Shown: piece after piece, positions 47,195-56,301 of the stretch
How positions within the stretch are numbered: position 1 is the first letter of the stretch
Layout of the letters: every line of letters begins with the position of its first letter
Assembly: GCA_039191605.1 (NCBI GenBank)
Contig: JBCCXL010000019.1
Location: forward strand, 67,102 to 131,101
Length of the DNA stretch: 64,000 bases
Direction: 5' to 3'
Origin: Acidobacteriota bacterium
GTDB lineage: Bacteria > Acidobacteriota > Thermoanaerobaculia > Multivoradales > JAHZIX01
The notes under the pieces: generated by a model
The model's input: only the letters and a program-made list of their open reading frames with translations
Told to the model about the DNA's origin: nothing
Databases searched by the model: none
Made by a program: the position numbers and the translations under genes

Positions 47195-49456
47195 CTACTG
47201 CCGGAAAGCCCGCACGATCCGATCTCCGACCTCCAGCTGGTCGAGGAATTCATCTCCTTCCACCACCTGGCCGAAGAGGGTGTAATTCCCATCCAGGTGA
47301 GGGGTGGGGATATGGGTGATGAAGATCTGGCAGCCGCCGGTGTCTTTGCCCGCCTTAGGCATCCCGACGCCTCCGCGGCGGTACGGGCGCTGGGAGATCT
47401 CGTCTCGCACCACGTAGCCGGGGCCGCCCCAGCCGTCTCCCCGCGGGTCGCCTCCCTGGACGACGAAGTTGGGCACCACCCGATGCCAAATGAGGCCGTC
47501 GTAGAAGCCTTCGTCCACCCGCTGGAGGAAGCTCGCCACGTGAATCGGAGCCTCCTGCGGGAAGGTCTCCACCACCAGGCTTCCCTTCTCGGTTTCTAAC
47601 ACCACCCGGGATTGACCGCTCACCGCTTCACCGAGCCAGGGGGAGAGCTCCGGCGAGCCGGCGGCGGCGACTTCTGGGGCGCTTTCCCCAAGCTCCGCCA
47701 AGGCCGCTCGGGCTCGGCTGCGTACCGAGGGGGCCGGATCCTCCGCCGCGATCGCCCGCAGCTCGGGAACCACCTTCGCCTCGGGCCCGCTGGCCAGAGT
47801 GTCGGCGATCTGCTCCCGCACCTCGATCCATTCCACTCCGGGGGATTGGGCATAGGCGCTGCGCAGGGGATCTACCCAATAGCCGGAGGAGCCCAGGGAC
47901 GGACCGGCCTCCAGGCGCCGACCGAGAACATCGACCGCGGTACCGCGCACCGCCAGATCCCCTTCGTTCAGGGCGTCCGTCAGCAGGGTCCCGGCGATCT
48001 CCCGAGTGGAGGCCGGCGCCGCGACGAGGGACTCTTCGTCCAGCTGTCCGAGGGCCGCCACCACCGCCGCCCGCACCCGGCGGTCTTCCTCTTCCCAGGC
48101 CCTCACCAAAACGTCGAGGGCATCGGCAGCGCTCCCCAAACGCGGAGCCGCCGTGGCCGCCGCCACCTGCAAAGTCCAGGGACCTTCCTCCAGCGCCGAG
48201 AAAATCAGGTCCCGCGAGCTTCCACCGAGGCGCCGCGCTAGAGCCCGCAGGGCCGCCGCCCGCACCGTCGGCGAGGGATCTTCCTCTAAGAAGGTCTCGA
48301 GGGTCGCCTGGGAGGATGCATCTCCCCGCAGGCTCCAGGCTCCCGCCACCGCCGTGCGCACGTGGAGGGAGGCATCGGAAGCCGCCGCCGCCGGCAGCGC
48401 CTCGGTCCAGCCGAGGGCGGTGAGAGCCTCCACCGCCGCCGTCCGCACTCGGGCGCTCTCATCCCCCAACACCAGCGCCGCCAGCGTACCCCGGGCCGAC
48501 GCTAGGTTCTCCTCTCCCACCGTGGTCGGCGGAGTGGCGACGCGGCCGAGACCGCGCAGCGACCACAGCCGAGTCCATTCATCGGTGGCCGAGGTCGCCG
48601 CCAGCAGGCCATCCCAGGCCTCCGGCTGAGCGTAGCGGGAGAAGTAATGGGCGGACATCTCCCTCACCGTGGTCGAGGAATCCGCCAGGCCTGCCTCGAG
48701 GGCGTCCAGCGCGACCCCTGGAAGCACCGCCGGTGCCTCCACCTCGCGCCGCCAAACCGGAGCGAAGCGCAACCGGAACAACGCGTGGGCCGCCGCCGCC
48801 CGCACCGCGGAATCCTCCGCTTCCCGCAGATAGGAAGCGATGTCCTGAGCCCTGGAAGAGGCTTCCGCCGCTGGCGTCACCTTCCCCAGGGCCTCGAGGG
48901 CCAGGGCCTGCAAAGCCGGCTCCTGCTCCTGCTGCAAAATCTCCGCGAGCCGACGCCGCGGCTCCACCGGCACCCGATTGCCGCTCTCCAAGCCCAGCTG
49001 CCCAAAGGCGAAGAGGGCCACTCGCCGCAGCTCCGTCGGCAGCTCCGGCTCCGCGGCAGCGATGAGCGCCTCGGCATAGGCGGGGTCCTGAATCCTGCCC
49101 ATGGCCTGCGCTGCCCGTACTCTCAATCCCAGCTCACCGCTGGCGAGCACCTCCTTCAGAGGGTCGGAATCCTTCACCCGCTGATCTTCCAGGCGAACGA
49201 TGTCGGCGATGCTCTCCACCCCGTCGATGGAGGGATCCCGCTCCGCGGGAGACGAGCATCCAGCGAGAGTCATGGCCGCCAAGATCATCACGGTGAGGCA
49301 CGCTACCGCGCCAAGGGGCAAACGCACGGCTCCCCCACGACTGCGGACACCGACTGCGGCAAGATCACTTCGGGACTGCATCACTTCGGACTGGATTCTT
49401 TTGGACTGGATTCTTTTGGACTGCATTGTTTTGGACTGTGTCGTATGGCATTGCAT
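47195..49456 (-). CDS. HEAT-repeat (PBS-lyase-like) protein fused to a C-terminal cyclophilin-type peptidyl-prolyl isomerase; lipoprotein
   Basis: C terminus ...HRVVPNFVVQGGDP...GCQIFITHIPTPHLDGNYTLFGQVVEG (cyclophilin). N-terminal ~550 aa are HEAT-like repeats. Lipobox AAMTLAGCSS. Probable start near Met 49381. Confidence 0.75.
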   Translation of the reverse strand: MQCHTTQSKTMQSKRIQSKRIQSEVMQSRSDLAAVGVRSRGGAVRLPLGAVACLTVMILAAMTLAGCSSPAERDPSIDGVESIADIVRLEDQRVKDSDPLKEVLASGELGLRVRAAQAMGRIQDPAYAEALIAAAEPELPTELRRVALFAFGQLGLESGNRVPVEPRRRLAEILQQEQEPALQALALEALGKVTPAAEASSRAQDIASYLREAEDSAVRAAAAHALFRLRFAPVWRREVEAPAVLPGVALDALEAGLADSSTTVREMSAHYFSRYAQPEAWDGLLAATSATDEWTRLWSLRGLGRVATPPTTVGEENLASARGTLAALVLGDESARVRTAAVEALTALGWTEALPAAAASDASLHVRTAVAGAWSLRGDASSQATLETFLEEDPSPTVRAAALRALARRLGGSSRDLIFSALEEGPWTLQVAAATAAPRLGSAADALDVLVRAWEEEDRRVRAAVVAALGQLDEESLVAAPASTREIAGTLLTDALNEGDLAVRGTAVDVLGRRLEAGPSLGSSGYWVDPLRSAYAQSPGVEWIEVREQIADTLASGPEAKVVPELRAIAAEDPAPSVRSRARAALAELGESAPEVAAAGSPELSPWLGEAVSGQSRVVLETEKGSLVVETFPQEAPIHVASFLQRVDEGFYDGLIWHRVVPNFVVQGGDPRGDGWGGPGYVVRDEISQRPYRRGGVGMPKAGKDTGGCQIFITHIPTPHLDGNYTLFGQVVEGDEFLDQLEVGDRIVRAFRQ
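49366..49450 (-). repeat. 15-bp tandem repeat array (about 5 units, ttggactggattctt and variants) at the 5' end of the HEAT-cyclophilin gene
   Basis: Two exact 15-mers plus three diverged flanking units. In the minus frame they encode (T)QSKRI repeats preceding the lipoprotein signal. Confidence 0.7.
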
Positions 49457-49584
49457 AAACGCCTTATACCCCGTCTCCCGGCAAAGGTCCAGGCCGCCGC
49501 GGCCGCCGGGGGCCCGCGCCCCAGCGCCTGCTATGCTCCCTCCCTTCCCACTCCCTCCACCCTCTACCGACGAGACTCCATTCC

Positions 49585-50778
49585 ATGTCCCGCTTAGAGA
49601 TTCACCGTCCAGAAGACCTCCACTCCCTGCTGCAGGAGAGCGATCGCGCCTTCCGCGATGTCGTCTTCCAGAGCCTGGACCTCCACGGCGTCGCCGATAC
49701 CCTGGTGCAGCGCGGAATCCAGGGGGCGGTGCTCCTCGGCTGCACCGCCAGCGCCGAAGAGCTAGAGCACCTGGTGCGCGCCGGGGCGCTGATCTTCCCC
49801 CGCCTGCCCCACGTGCCCTACGACACCTATCGGGTACACCTCTACGAGCCCCAGGAGCTGCTCGCCGGCTATTCCTCCGGCGGCAGCGGCAGCGACGGCC
49901 ACGGCAAATCCCTCGACGGCCGCATCTATCAGCACTTCCTAGACGTCGGAGGGGCTCGGCCTCACAGCCTCATCGACGCCATGGCGCAGCGACTTCACGA
50001 CGCCGCCATCACCGACGCCATTGCCGACTACCTGCGCGGACAGCACGTGGTGGGCATCATGGGCGGCCACGGCCTGTCGCGCCACAGCGAGGGCTACGCC
50101 GCCATCGCTCGTCTCGCTCGCCGCCTCGCCCGCGGCGGTTTCCTGCTGGTCTCCGGCGGCGGTCCCGGAGCGATGGAGGCCACTCACCTCGGCGCCTGGT
50201 TCGCCCCCCGGGCCAACGAGGACCTGGAGAGCGCCCTGGCGCTGCTGGGGGAAGCTCCCCACTTCGAGCCCATCGATCCCTGGGTCGACGCCGCGCTGGA
50301 AGTGCGACGCCGCTTTCCGCTGCCCGCTGACCCAGCCGGGCGACCGCAGCAGGGCGCCAGCCTGGGGATCCCCACCTGGCATTACGGCCACGAGCCCTCC
50401 GCCCTCTTCGCCCCGCGCATCGCCAAATACTTCGCCAACAGCCTGCGGGAAGACGGCCTGGTCTCCGTCGCCAGCGGCGGTCTGATCTTCGCCCCGGGAA
50501 GCGCCGGCACCATTCAGGAGATCTTCCAGGACGCCTGCCAGAACCACTACCTCACCGAGGGCTTCGCCAGCCCGATGCTCTTCTATGGCGAGGGCTATTG
50601 GAGCTGGAATCACCCGGTCTTCCCCCTGCTCTCCCGCCTCGCCGCCGGCCGCCCCTACGCCCAATACCTCGCCATTACCGACTCCCAGGACGTCATCCTG
50701 AAGCGCCTCCAGGCCTTCCGGGATGAGCTCACCGCCCGCCGCCAAGCCCCGGCCTCAGGAGAAGACCATGACCACTGA
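49585..50778 (+). CDS. LOG-family protein (PpnN-like nucleotide 5'-monophosphate nucleosidase / Rossmann-fold)
   Basis: LOG motifs GGGPGAMEA and PGSAGTIQE. Confidence 0.55.
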   Translation: MSRLEIHRPEDLHSLLQESDRAFRDVVFQSLDLHGVADTLVQRGIQGAVLLGCTASAEELEHLVRAGALIFPRLPHVPYDTYRVHLYEPQELLAGYSSGGSGSDGHGKSLDGRIYQHFLDVGGARPHSLIDAMAQRLHDAAITDAIADYLRGQHVVGIMGGHGLSRHSEGYAAIARLARRLARGGFLLVSGGGPGAMEATHLGAWFAPRANEDLESALALLGEAPHFEPIDPWVDAALEVRRRFPLPADPAGRPQQGASLGIPTWHYGHEPSALFAPRIAKYFANSLREDGLVSVASGGLIFAPGSAGTIQEIFQDACQNHYLTEGFASPMLFYGEGYWSWNHPVFPLLSRLAAGRPYAQYLAITDSQDVILKRLQAFRDELTARRQAPASGEDHDH

Positions 50779-51316
50779 GCCCAGTGAATCCGCCGCCCCT
50801 CAGCCCCATCCCCAACCCGTAGTGCTGCCTTGGATCGGCCTGCTGCGCACCAATCAATTCCTCATCAAGCAGTGCTTCGCCGAGATCAGCGATCAGGACG
50901 CCCGCTTCGCGCCCCCCTGCCGAGGTGAGGGCAGCGAGCTCAACTCCCTCATTTTCCTCGCCCTGCATATGCTCGATGCCCGCGCCTACCTGGTGCGGCT
51001 GGCCGGCGGGGACGGCGATCACGCCTTCAGCCCTCTCACTCGCGGAGCTCGTAGCCAAAGCGATCTCGACCTCGCTGCCCTTCCGTCGCTGCCGGAGGTG
51101 CTGGCGGAGCTGAAGGTCGTCCACCGGCGCCTGGAAACCACTCTCGCCGGGGTCAGCGAAGAGCAGCTCGCCGCCGAGGTGGACTTCCCCGCCCCGCTGC
51201 CGGATAAATCCCTCCTCGGCGTGCTCGCCTTCCTCAGCCAGCACGACAGCTATCACCTCGGCCAGCTGGCCTACATTCGCCGGCTGCTGGGCTATCCGCC
51301 GATGAGCTATACCTGA
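50768..51316 (+). CDS. DinB-family (DinB_2, four-helix-bundle metal-dependent) protein
   Basis: ATG 50768 overlaps the LOG gene by 11 nt. Metal-binding His motifs (HMLDARAY and HDSYHLGQLAY). Confidence 0.55.
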   Translation: MTTEPSESAAPQPHPQPVVLPWIGLLRTNQFLIKQCFAEISDQDARFAPPCRGEGSELNSLIFLALHMLDARAYLVRLAGGDGDHAFSPLTRGARSQSDLDLAALPSLPEVLAELKVVHRRLETTLAGVSEEQLAAEVDFPAPLPDKSLLGVLAFLSQHDSYHLGQLAYIRRLLGYPPMSYT

Positions 51317-51385
51317 GGGGCCGCTAGGACCCGTCCCGAGACCCCATCTAGAGAACCCCGTCGAGGCCCAATCTAGGCTCGCCGA

Positions 51386-52273
51386 CTAATCCTTCGGCGC
51401 CCGCACCATCACCGAGCGGGCCCGCCATAAAGGCTCGCTCCACCCAGCCTCGCCGAAGATCTGCGCCCGCTGCCGAGACTCCTCAGGAGATCGGGCGTTG
51501 TAGAGCAGTCGCCAGGATTCATCCGCCGTCAGGCGGACGGTGGTCGTCGGCGCGTTGGGAGCTCCTTCCCAAAGAGACCACCCATCAGCTTCCCCGCGCA
51601 GCGTCCAGGCGCCGAGCTCCTCTCCCGCCTCTTCTCCTCTTTCCGCTTCGACACCATCCCCCGCGACCAAGAGGGTGACGGTGGTGCCCGCAGGCGCCTC
51701 GACTCCAGAGTAGGTCCGAGGTAAGGCCCGCACGGAGAGATCCAGCAGCGGCTTCAGCCACCGGGCCTCCAACAGCCGGGGCGCGCCGACGGCATCCCGC
51801 AGCTGCATTTGATGGTGCCAGTACTCGGTGTACTGACGCCCCACGTGCATCCACTGGCGGCTCTCGTCCACCCCCGCCCAATCCACCGCGAAGGTCGCCT
51901 CCCCCTCCAGCGGCTGCGACTCCAGCACCTCCACCGCCTGCTGACCGACGAGATCCAAAAGGTCCACCAGCAGCCGGGGGCTCAAACGCCTAGCAGCACG
52001 CACCCAATCCGCGTTGAGCCCGTCGAGGAAGGCAACGAGATCCTCATAGCCCCTGATCTCAGCGTCGGGGGGCGGAAGATGCCCATCCCGAATCACCGCC
52101 ACGTCCCGCGCCATCACGTCTAGCAGGTGGGCGACCACGTCCCGCACCCTCCAGGCGCCGGCCACCGTGGGGAGCACCCAATCCTCATCCCTAAAACCTT
52201 GCAGCAGGTCCAGGAGCTCTCTGTGGAGAGGCTGGAAGAGGGGGCGGGTATCGAGGGCTTCGAGAGTCTTCAT
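51386..52273 (-). CDS. DinB/YfiT-like protein of the maleylpyruvate-isomerase N-terminal domain (mycothiol-dependent enzyme) family
   Basis: N-terminal WRVRDVVAHLLDVMARD is typical of that family. The C-terminal domain is unassigned. Confidence 0.5.
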   Translation of the reverse strand: MKTLEALDTRPLFQPLHRELLDLLQGFRDEDWVLPTVAGAWRVRDVVAHLLDVMARDVAVIRDGHLPPPDAEIRGYEDLVAFLDGLNADWVRAARRLSPRLLVDLLDLVGQQAVEVLESQPLEGEATFAVDWAGVDESRQWMHVGRQYTEYWHHQMQLRDAVGAPRLLEARWLKPLLDLSVRALPRTYSGVEAPAGTTVTLLVAGDGVEAERGEEAGEELGAWTLRGEADGWSLWEGAPNAPTTTVRLTADESWRLLYNARSPEESRQRAQIFGEAGWSEPLWRARSVMVRAPKD

Positions 52274-52331
52274 TTGTCGAGCCTAGCGTGTCCTTAGCCT
52301 TCTCTACTCGTCCGCTAGCAAGCTTCCACGA

Positions 52332-53915
52332 TCAAGGTTCCGTCAGCGTCCAGCTGGTGGTGTTTCCGCCCTCGAAGCCGTCCTCGAAGATGGGATCCAG
52401 AGACCCTACGCCGGTGTTGTAGAACACCAGGATCGAGGGATCGCCGGAGAAGCCGGCGACGAGGTCGGTGCGCCCATCGCCGTTGAGGTCGCCGAAGGCT
52501 AGAGCGGTGCCGGCGCCGGCCCCGTTGTAGGACCACGACGGGGCACTCGAGAGAGTTCCGCCATCGTTGAGGTAGAGGTTGATCACGCCGTTGGAGAAGT
52601 GGATCTCGGCGAGGTCCTGGTCGCCGTCATCGTCGACGTCGGCGAAGCGCAGGTCGCTGTGGCCGAAAAAGGTGCCGGTGGCGGACCAGGTCTGGGCGAG
52701 GGTGCCGGCGGTGTTGGTGTAGAGCAGGGTGGGATCGTGGCCAAGGGCGAGGTCCGGCGGCGCGGTGCCGTCGAGGGCGGCGAAGGCGACGCCTTTGTCG
52801 GTATCGGTATCGCCGGTGGTCCACGCGGGGGTGGTGGCCAGGGTGCCGGCGACGTTGCGGTAGACACCGCTCTCGAAGTTTGCCCACTTGGAGACCGCCA
52901 CATCCACCCAGCCGTCGTCGTCATAGTCGCCGGTGGAAAAGAAATTCTGGATCGAAGACTCGGCGGAAGACCAGCTGGGCGCCGTCTCCAGCACGCCATC
53001 GTCGTTCTCGAAGAAATGCATCGGCCGGAAGGGATCGTTGGTGCGCCCCTGATTGGCGGTCAGCAGGTCGAGATCCTCGTCGCGGTCGAAGTCGAAGAGC
53101 AGGCCGTAGTTATTCCACACCGAATCCTGGGACGACCACCCTGGAGAGGTAGAGAGCCCACCCAGGCTGTTGAAGTAGATCACCGAGGGCGGAAAGCTGC
53201 CGCCGCCGTTGGCGGCGAAGATATCGAGCAGATCATCCCCGTCGACGTCCCCCACCTGGATATCCCCGGTAGAGACCTCGTCCGCCGAAACCCAGGAGGG
53301 GTTGGCCTCCAGCCCGGAGCCGGTGTTGAAGTACACGAGATTCTCCCAATCCTCGTAGGGCGGGAAGGAGTTGGAGATGTAGCAGCCGACGGCGAGATCC
53401 AGCCCCGGCTGATCGTCCAGCTGCCCGAGAGCCAGGCCTCCCACCTGCCGCCGCAGGGTATTGCTCCAGTCCGGGGCGGTGCCGAAAGGCGCCGAAGCCC
53501 CCTCCCTCACCCGCTGCCGCGCCGCCCGCTGCGATTCCGCCGAAAGGGTGAGAGGCGGCGCCTGGGAGACGAAGGCCGAGACCAGGGCGTCGTCCGAGAT
53601 CACGATCTCCCAGGGGCCGACGAGCTCCGGCGGCGCTCCGTGGCTGCTCTGGGCGCTAAGGGGCGAGGCCCCAAGAGCCCCTACGCCGAGGGCTAACAAG
53701 AACAAGCCTACGGGCCATCTCAGCTGGCGAAATGGCGCCAGAGAATCGAGGCCCTGAGAAGAAGTAGGGCGAGCAGAAGTTGGTAGACCGTAGCGACGAG
53801 ACGCTGTAGAGCGGCAGAGGAAGAGCAGCATGGATCGAGGCTCCTGTGGAAGAGTCGGCAATCCGAGGCGGTCGGGGAGTCTTGGCGTCAGTTTAACAAC
53901 AGCGCAGCTGATCAA
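52332..53915 (-). CDS. secreted FG-GAP/VCBS-repeat beta-propeller protein
   Basis: Multiple FG-GAP-type repeats (DVDGDDLLDIF, FDFDRDEDLDLL, DYDDDGWVDV, DVDDDGDQDL). Signal peptide. 53915 is a TTG and the start is uncertain. Confidence 0.7.
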   Translation of the reverse strand: MISCAVVKLTPRLPDRLGLPTLPQEPRSMLLFLCRSTASRRYGLPTSARPTSSQGLDSLAPFRQLRWPVGLFLLALGVGALGASPLSAQSSHGAPPELVGPWEIVISDDALVSAFVSQAPPLTLSAESQRAARQRVREGASAPFGTAPDWSNTLRRQVGGLALGQLDDQPGLDLAVGCYISNSFPPYEDWENLVYFNTGSGLEANPSWVSADEVSTGDIQVGDVDGDDLLDIFAANGGGSFPPSVIYFNSLGGLSTSPGWSSQDSVWNNYGLLFDFDRDEDLDLLTANQGRTNDPFRPMHFFENDDGVLETAPSWSSAESSIQNFFSTGDYDDDGWVDVAVSKWANFESGVYRNVAGTLATTPAWTTGDTDTDKGVAFAALDGTAPPDLALGHDPTLLYTNTAGTLAQTWSATGTFFGHSDLRFADVDDDGDQDLAEIHFSNGVINLYLNDGGTLSSAPSWSYNGAGAGTALAFGDLNGDGRTDLVAGFSGDPSILVFYNTGVGSLDPIFEDGFEGGNTTSWTLTEP

Positions 53916-53990
53916 AGACCACAGCGCAGCTGATCAAAGACCACAGCGCAGCTGATCAAAGACCACAGCGCAGCTGATCAAAGACCACAG
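53900..53990. repeat. perfect 22-bp tandem repeat x4.1 (cagcgcagctgatcaaagacca) in the divergent promoter region
   Basis: Four exact units. Each carries GATC and CAGCTG. The first unit overlaps the annotated TTG start of the FG-GAP gene. Confidence 0.85.
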
Positions 53991-54134
53991 GCCACAGCCT
54001 AGCCTCCCCTTCGCGACGGCGCTGCCATCGCGGATCAAAGCCCTTCCCCGCTGCCGTAGAGCCAAGAGTTCATGCTAGGATGACATGCACTGAACCACCT
54101 CGACGATTTCGCAAAACGACCACGCTAGGCCCCG

Positions 54135-56060
54135 GTGTCCGAATCCCGCCAACCGCCCCACCGCTCCCCCTCACCGAGTTCTGCCGGTGAGCCTCGTGGA
54201 GCCGCGGCGTCCTCCGGCTCTGGAAAGCTGCAGCCAGCACCAGATTCCCTCAGCCCGCTGCTGGCGGAGGTGGATTCCCTGATCCATCTGGCGCGACGCT
54301 TTCAGGAGCAGCAGATGTACGCCGAGGCGGGGGAGCTCTACCTGCTGGCGCTGCGGCTGGATCCACAGAACCGCGGCCTGCGGGCGGCGCTGGCCCAGGT
54401 GCGGCGCATGCAGCAGGAGCTGCCGGATCGGCGGCGCACCCCGGCGGAGGTGGCCCGGGAACAGGCGCGGCGAGACGCCATCGACGGCGCCCACTTCCTC
54501 GGCCTGGCGCATCTCTACGCCGACAAGGGGGAAGATCTCCACGCTCTGGAATGCCTCGGCGTCGCCAAGGCCAAGGCTCCGGGCCTGAGTCCGATCTACA
54601 AGCTGGAAGGGCGCATCCTCGCCCGCCGCGGACGCCACGGAGAGGCCGCCAAGGAGCTCGCCAAGGCCCTGCGCTACAACCCCTTCGACCGCAACGCTGC
54701 GGAGCTGCTCTCCCGCGCCCATTACGAGCAGCGCAAGTACCGCGCCGCCCTGGAGGCGGCGATTCGCGCCTTCCTGCTGCTCAACGAGGGGGACGACCAG
54801 GGGGCCGAGCGCCTGCGGCGACGCATCCAGACCTTCAAGCGCGCCCTGTCCTACGACAACGCCGAGCTGGCCCTGCTCTTCCGCCGCGGTCAGGAGCACC
54901 TGAACCTCTCCTTCGATCGCCTGCAGTGGCATCGGGAGCGCTTCCTCGAAGACGGCGGCCGCTTCGCCGGCGGCTTCAGCGCCACCGTGCCCTCCCGCGG
55001 CCCCGGCAACGGTGGCCTCATCGACATGATCCAGCGCATCCACGAGCTCGGAGCGCTGCCGGATCTCGGGGAGTCAGAGGTCATTCAGATCTCGCGCTTC
55101 GCGGAAGCACGCCCGGTGGCCCGGGAAGAGATCATCTTTCGCGACGGCCAGCCGGGCTCGGACCTCTACCTCATCGAGCACGGCGAGATCTCCCTGCGCA
55201 AGGAGACCGCCTACGGCCTCTTCGAGCATCGGCGCCTCGGCCCCGGCCGAATCTTCGGCGAGACCAGCTTCGCCGGTGGCGCTCAGCGGGCCTGTGACGC
55301 CGTCGCCACCGAACCCAGCACCCTGCTACGCCTCGACGCGGCGGGCCTTTACCGCCTGGTGGAGGCCGATACCGAGCTTGGGGTTCGTCTCTACAGCGGA
55401 CTGTGGAGTGCCCTGGCCCGCAAGCTGCGGGGAGCCAACGAGCATCTCAAGGAGTTCTTCCCCTCCGGCGAAGAGCAGGTCGCCGCCCCCCGGGCCCAGG
55501 CTCCCCAAGCTTCGGCGCCTCAGGCCCAGCGGGTGCAGATGGACGAGCGCGAGAAGATGCGGGTGCTCGAAGAGCAGGGGCTCAGCCCCTCGGAGCTTCG
55601 CGGCCTGGCCAGCTTCAGCCGCGAGAAGCGCTTCTCCCCCGGCGAGCCCCTGTTCCGGGAAGGCGATCGGGGGGACGAGATGTATATCGTGATGCAGGGA
55701 CGGGTTCGCATCAGCAAGCAGATCCCCGGCATCGGCGAAGAGGCTCTGGCGATCCTCAAGCGGGGAGAATTCTTCGGCGAGATGGCCCTGCTGGACGACC
55801 AACCACGCTCCGCCGACGCCCGCGCCCACCAGGGGCCGCTGACGGTCCTCGCCCTGGACGGCGAAGACTATCGGCGCATCCGCGATGAATTGGACGCCCA
55901 AGCAGGGCTAGAGATCCTCAAGCTGCTCTGCCGTCTGCTCGCCGGGCGACTGCGGGAGATCGACGCCAAGCTGGTGAGCTGGCGGATCTTCGCCGGCCCG
56001 GAAGCCAGCGAAGATCAGAACATCGTCACCTTCCCCGGGCGCGGTCCCTCGGCCAGCTGA
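54135..56060 (+). CDS. TPR-repeat protein with two C-terminal cyclic-nucleotide-binding (cNMP/CAP-effector) domains
   Basis: N-terminal ~250 aa are TPR-like. Two cNMP domains (FGETSFAGG...RACDAVA and FFGEMALLDDQPRSADARA). GTG start. The true start is uncertain. Confidence 0.75.
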   Translation: MSESRQPPHRSPSPSSAGEPRGAAASSGSGKLQPAPDSLSPLLAEVDSLIHLARRFQEQQMYAEAGELYLLALRLDPQNRGLRAALAQVRRMQQELPDRRRTPAEVAREQARRDAIDGAHFLGLAHLYADKGEDLHALECLGVAKAKAPGLSPIYKLEGRILARRGRHGEAAKELAKALRYNPFDRNAAELLSRAHYEQRKYRAALEAAIRAFLLLNEGDDQGAERLRRRIQTFKRALSYDNAELALLFRRGQEHLNLSFDRLQWHRERFLEDGGRFAGGFSATVPSRGPGNGGLIDMIQRIHELGALPDLGESEVIQISRFAEARPVAREEIIFRDGQPGSDLYLIEHGEISLRKETAYGLFEHRRLGPGRIFGETSFAGGAQRACDAVATEPSTLLRLDAAGLYRLVEADTELGVRLYSGLWSALARKLRGANEHLKEFFPSGEEQVAAPRAQAPQASAPQAQRVQMDEREKMRVLEEQGLSPSELRGLASFSREKRFSPGEPLFREGDRGDEMYIVMQGRVRISKQIPGIGEEALAILKRGEFFGEMALLDDQPRSADARAHQGPLTVLALDGEDYRRIRDELDAQAGLEILKLLCRLLAGRLREIDAKLVSWRIFAGPEASEDQNIVTFPGRGPSAS

Positions 56061-56066
56061 GAGCCG

Positions 56067-56136
56067 CGCCCCGACTGAGACGCCCCGACTGAGACGCCCC
56101 GACTGAGACGCCCCAACTGAGGTAGGCCCGTGAAGA
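56067..56136. repeat. 14-bp tandem repeat x5 (cgccccgactgaga) starting 7 nt after the stop of the cNMP-domain gene
   Basis: Four exact units and one unit with 2 mismatches. Confidence 0.8.
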
Positions 56137-56143
56137 AGGGCCA

Positions 56144-56214
56144 ATGAAAACGGGCCATTGAAGACCGGCCAGTGAAGACCGGCCAGCGGAGACCGGCCGC
56201 CAAGCAAGATCTAG
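56144..56214. repeat. second, unrelated 14-bp tandem array x5 (tgaagaccggccag; two exact, three degenerate) upstream of the sigma-factor gene
   Basis: tgaagaagggccaa, tgaaaacgggccat, tgaagaccggccag x2, cggagaccggccgc. Confidence 0.6.
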
Positions 56215-56301
56215 CGAACGAGGCCCAGCGAAGAAAACTCAGCTAGGAAAGCTCAGCTGATACGTCCATCCATTCGACGACCCATCAGCACTCTCTATTC
56301 G

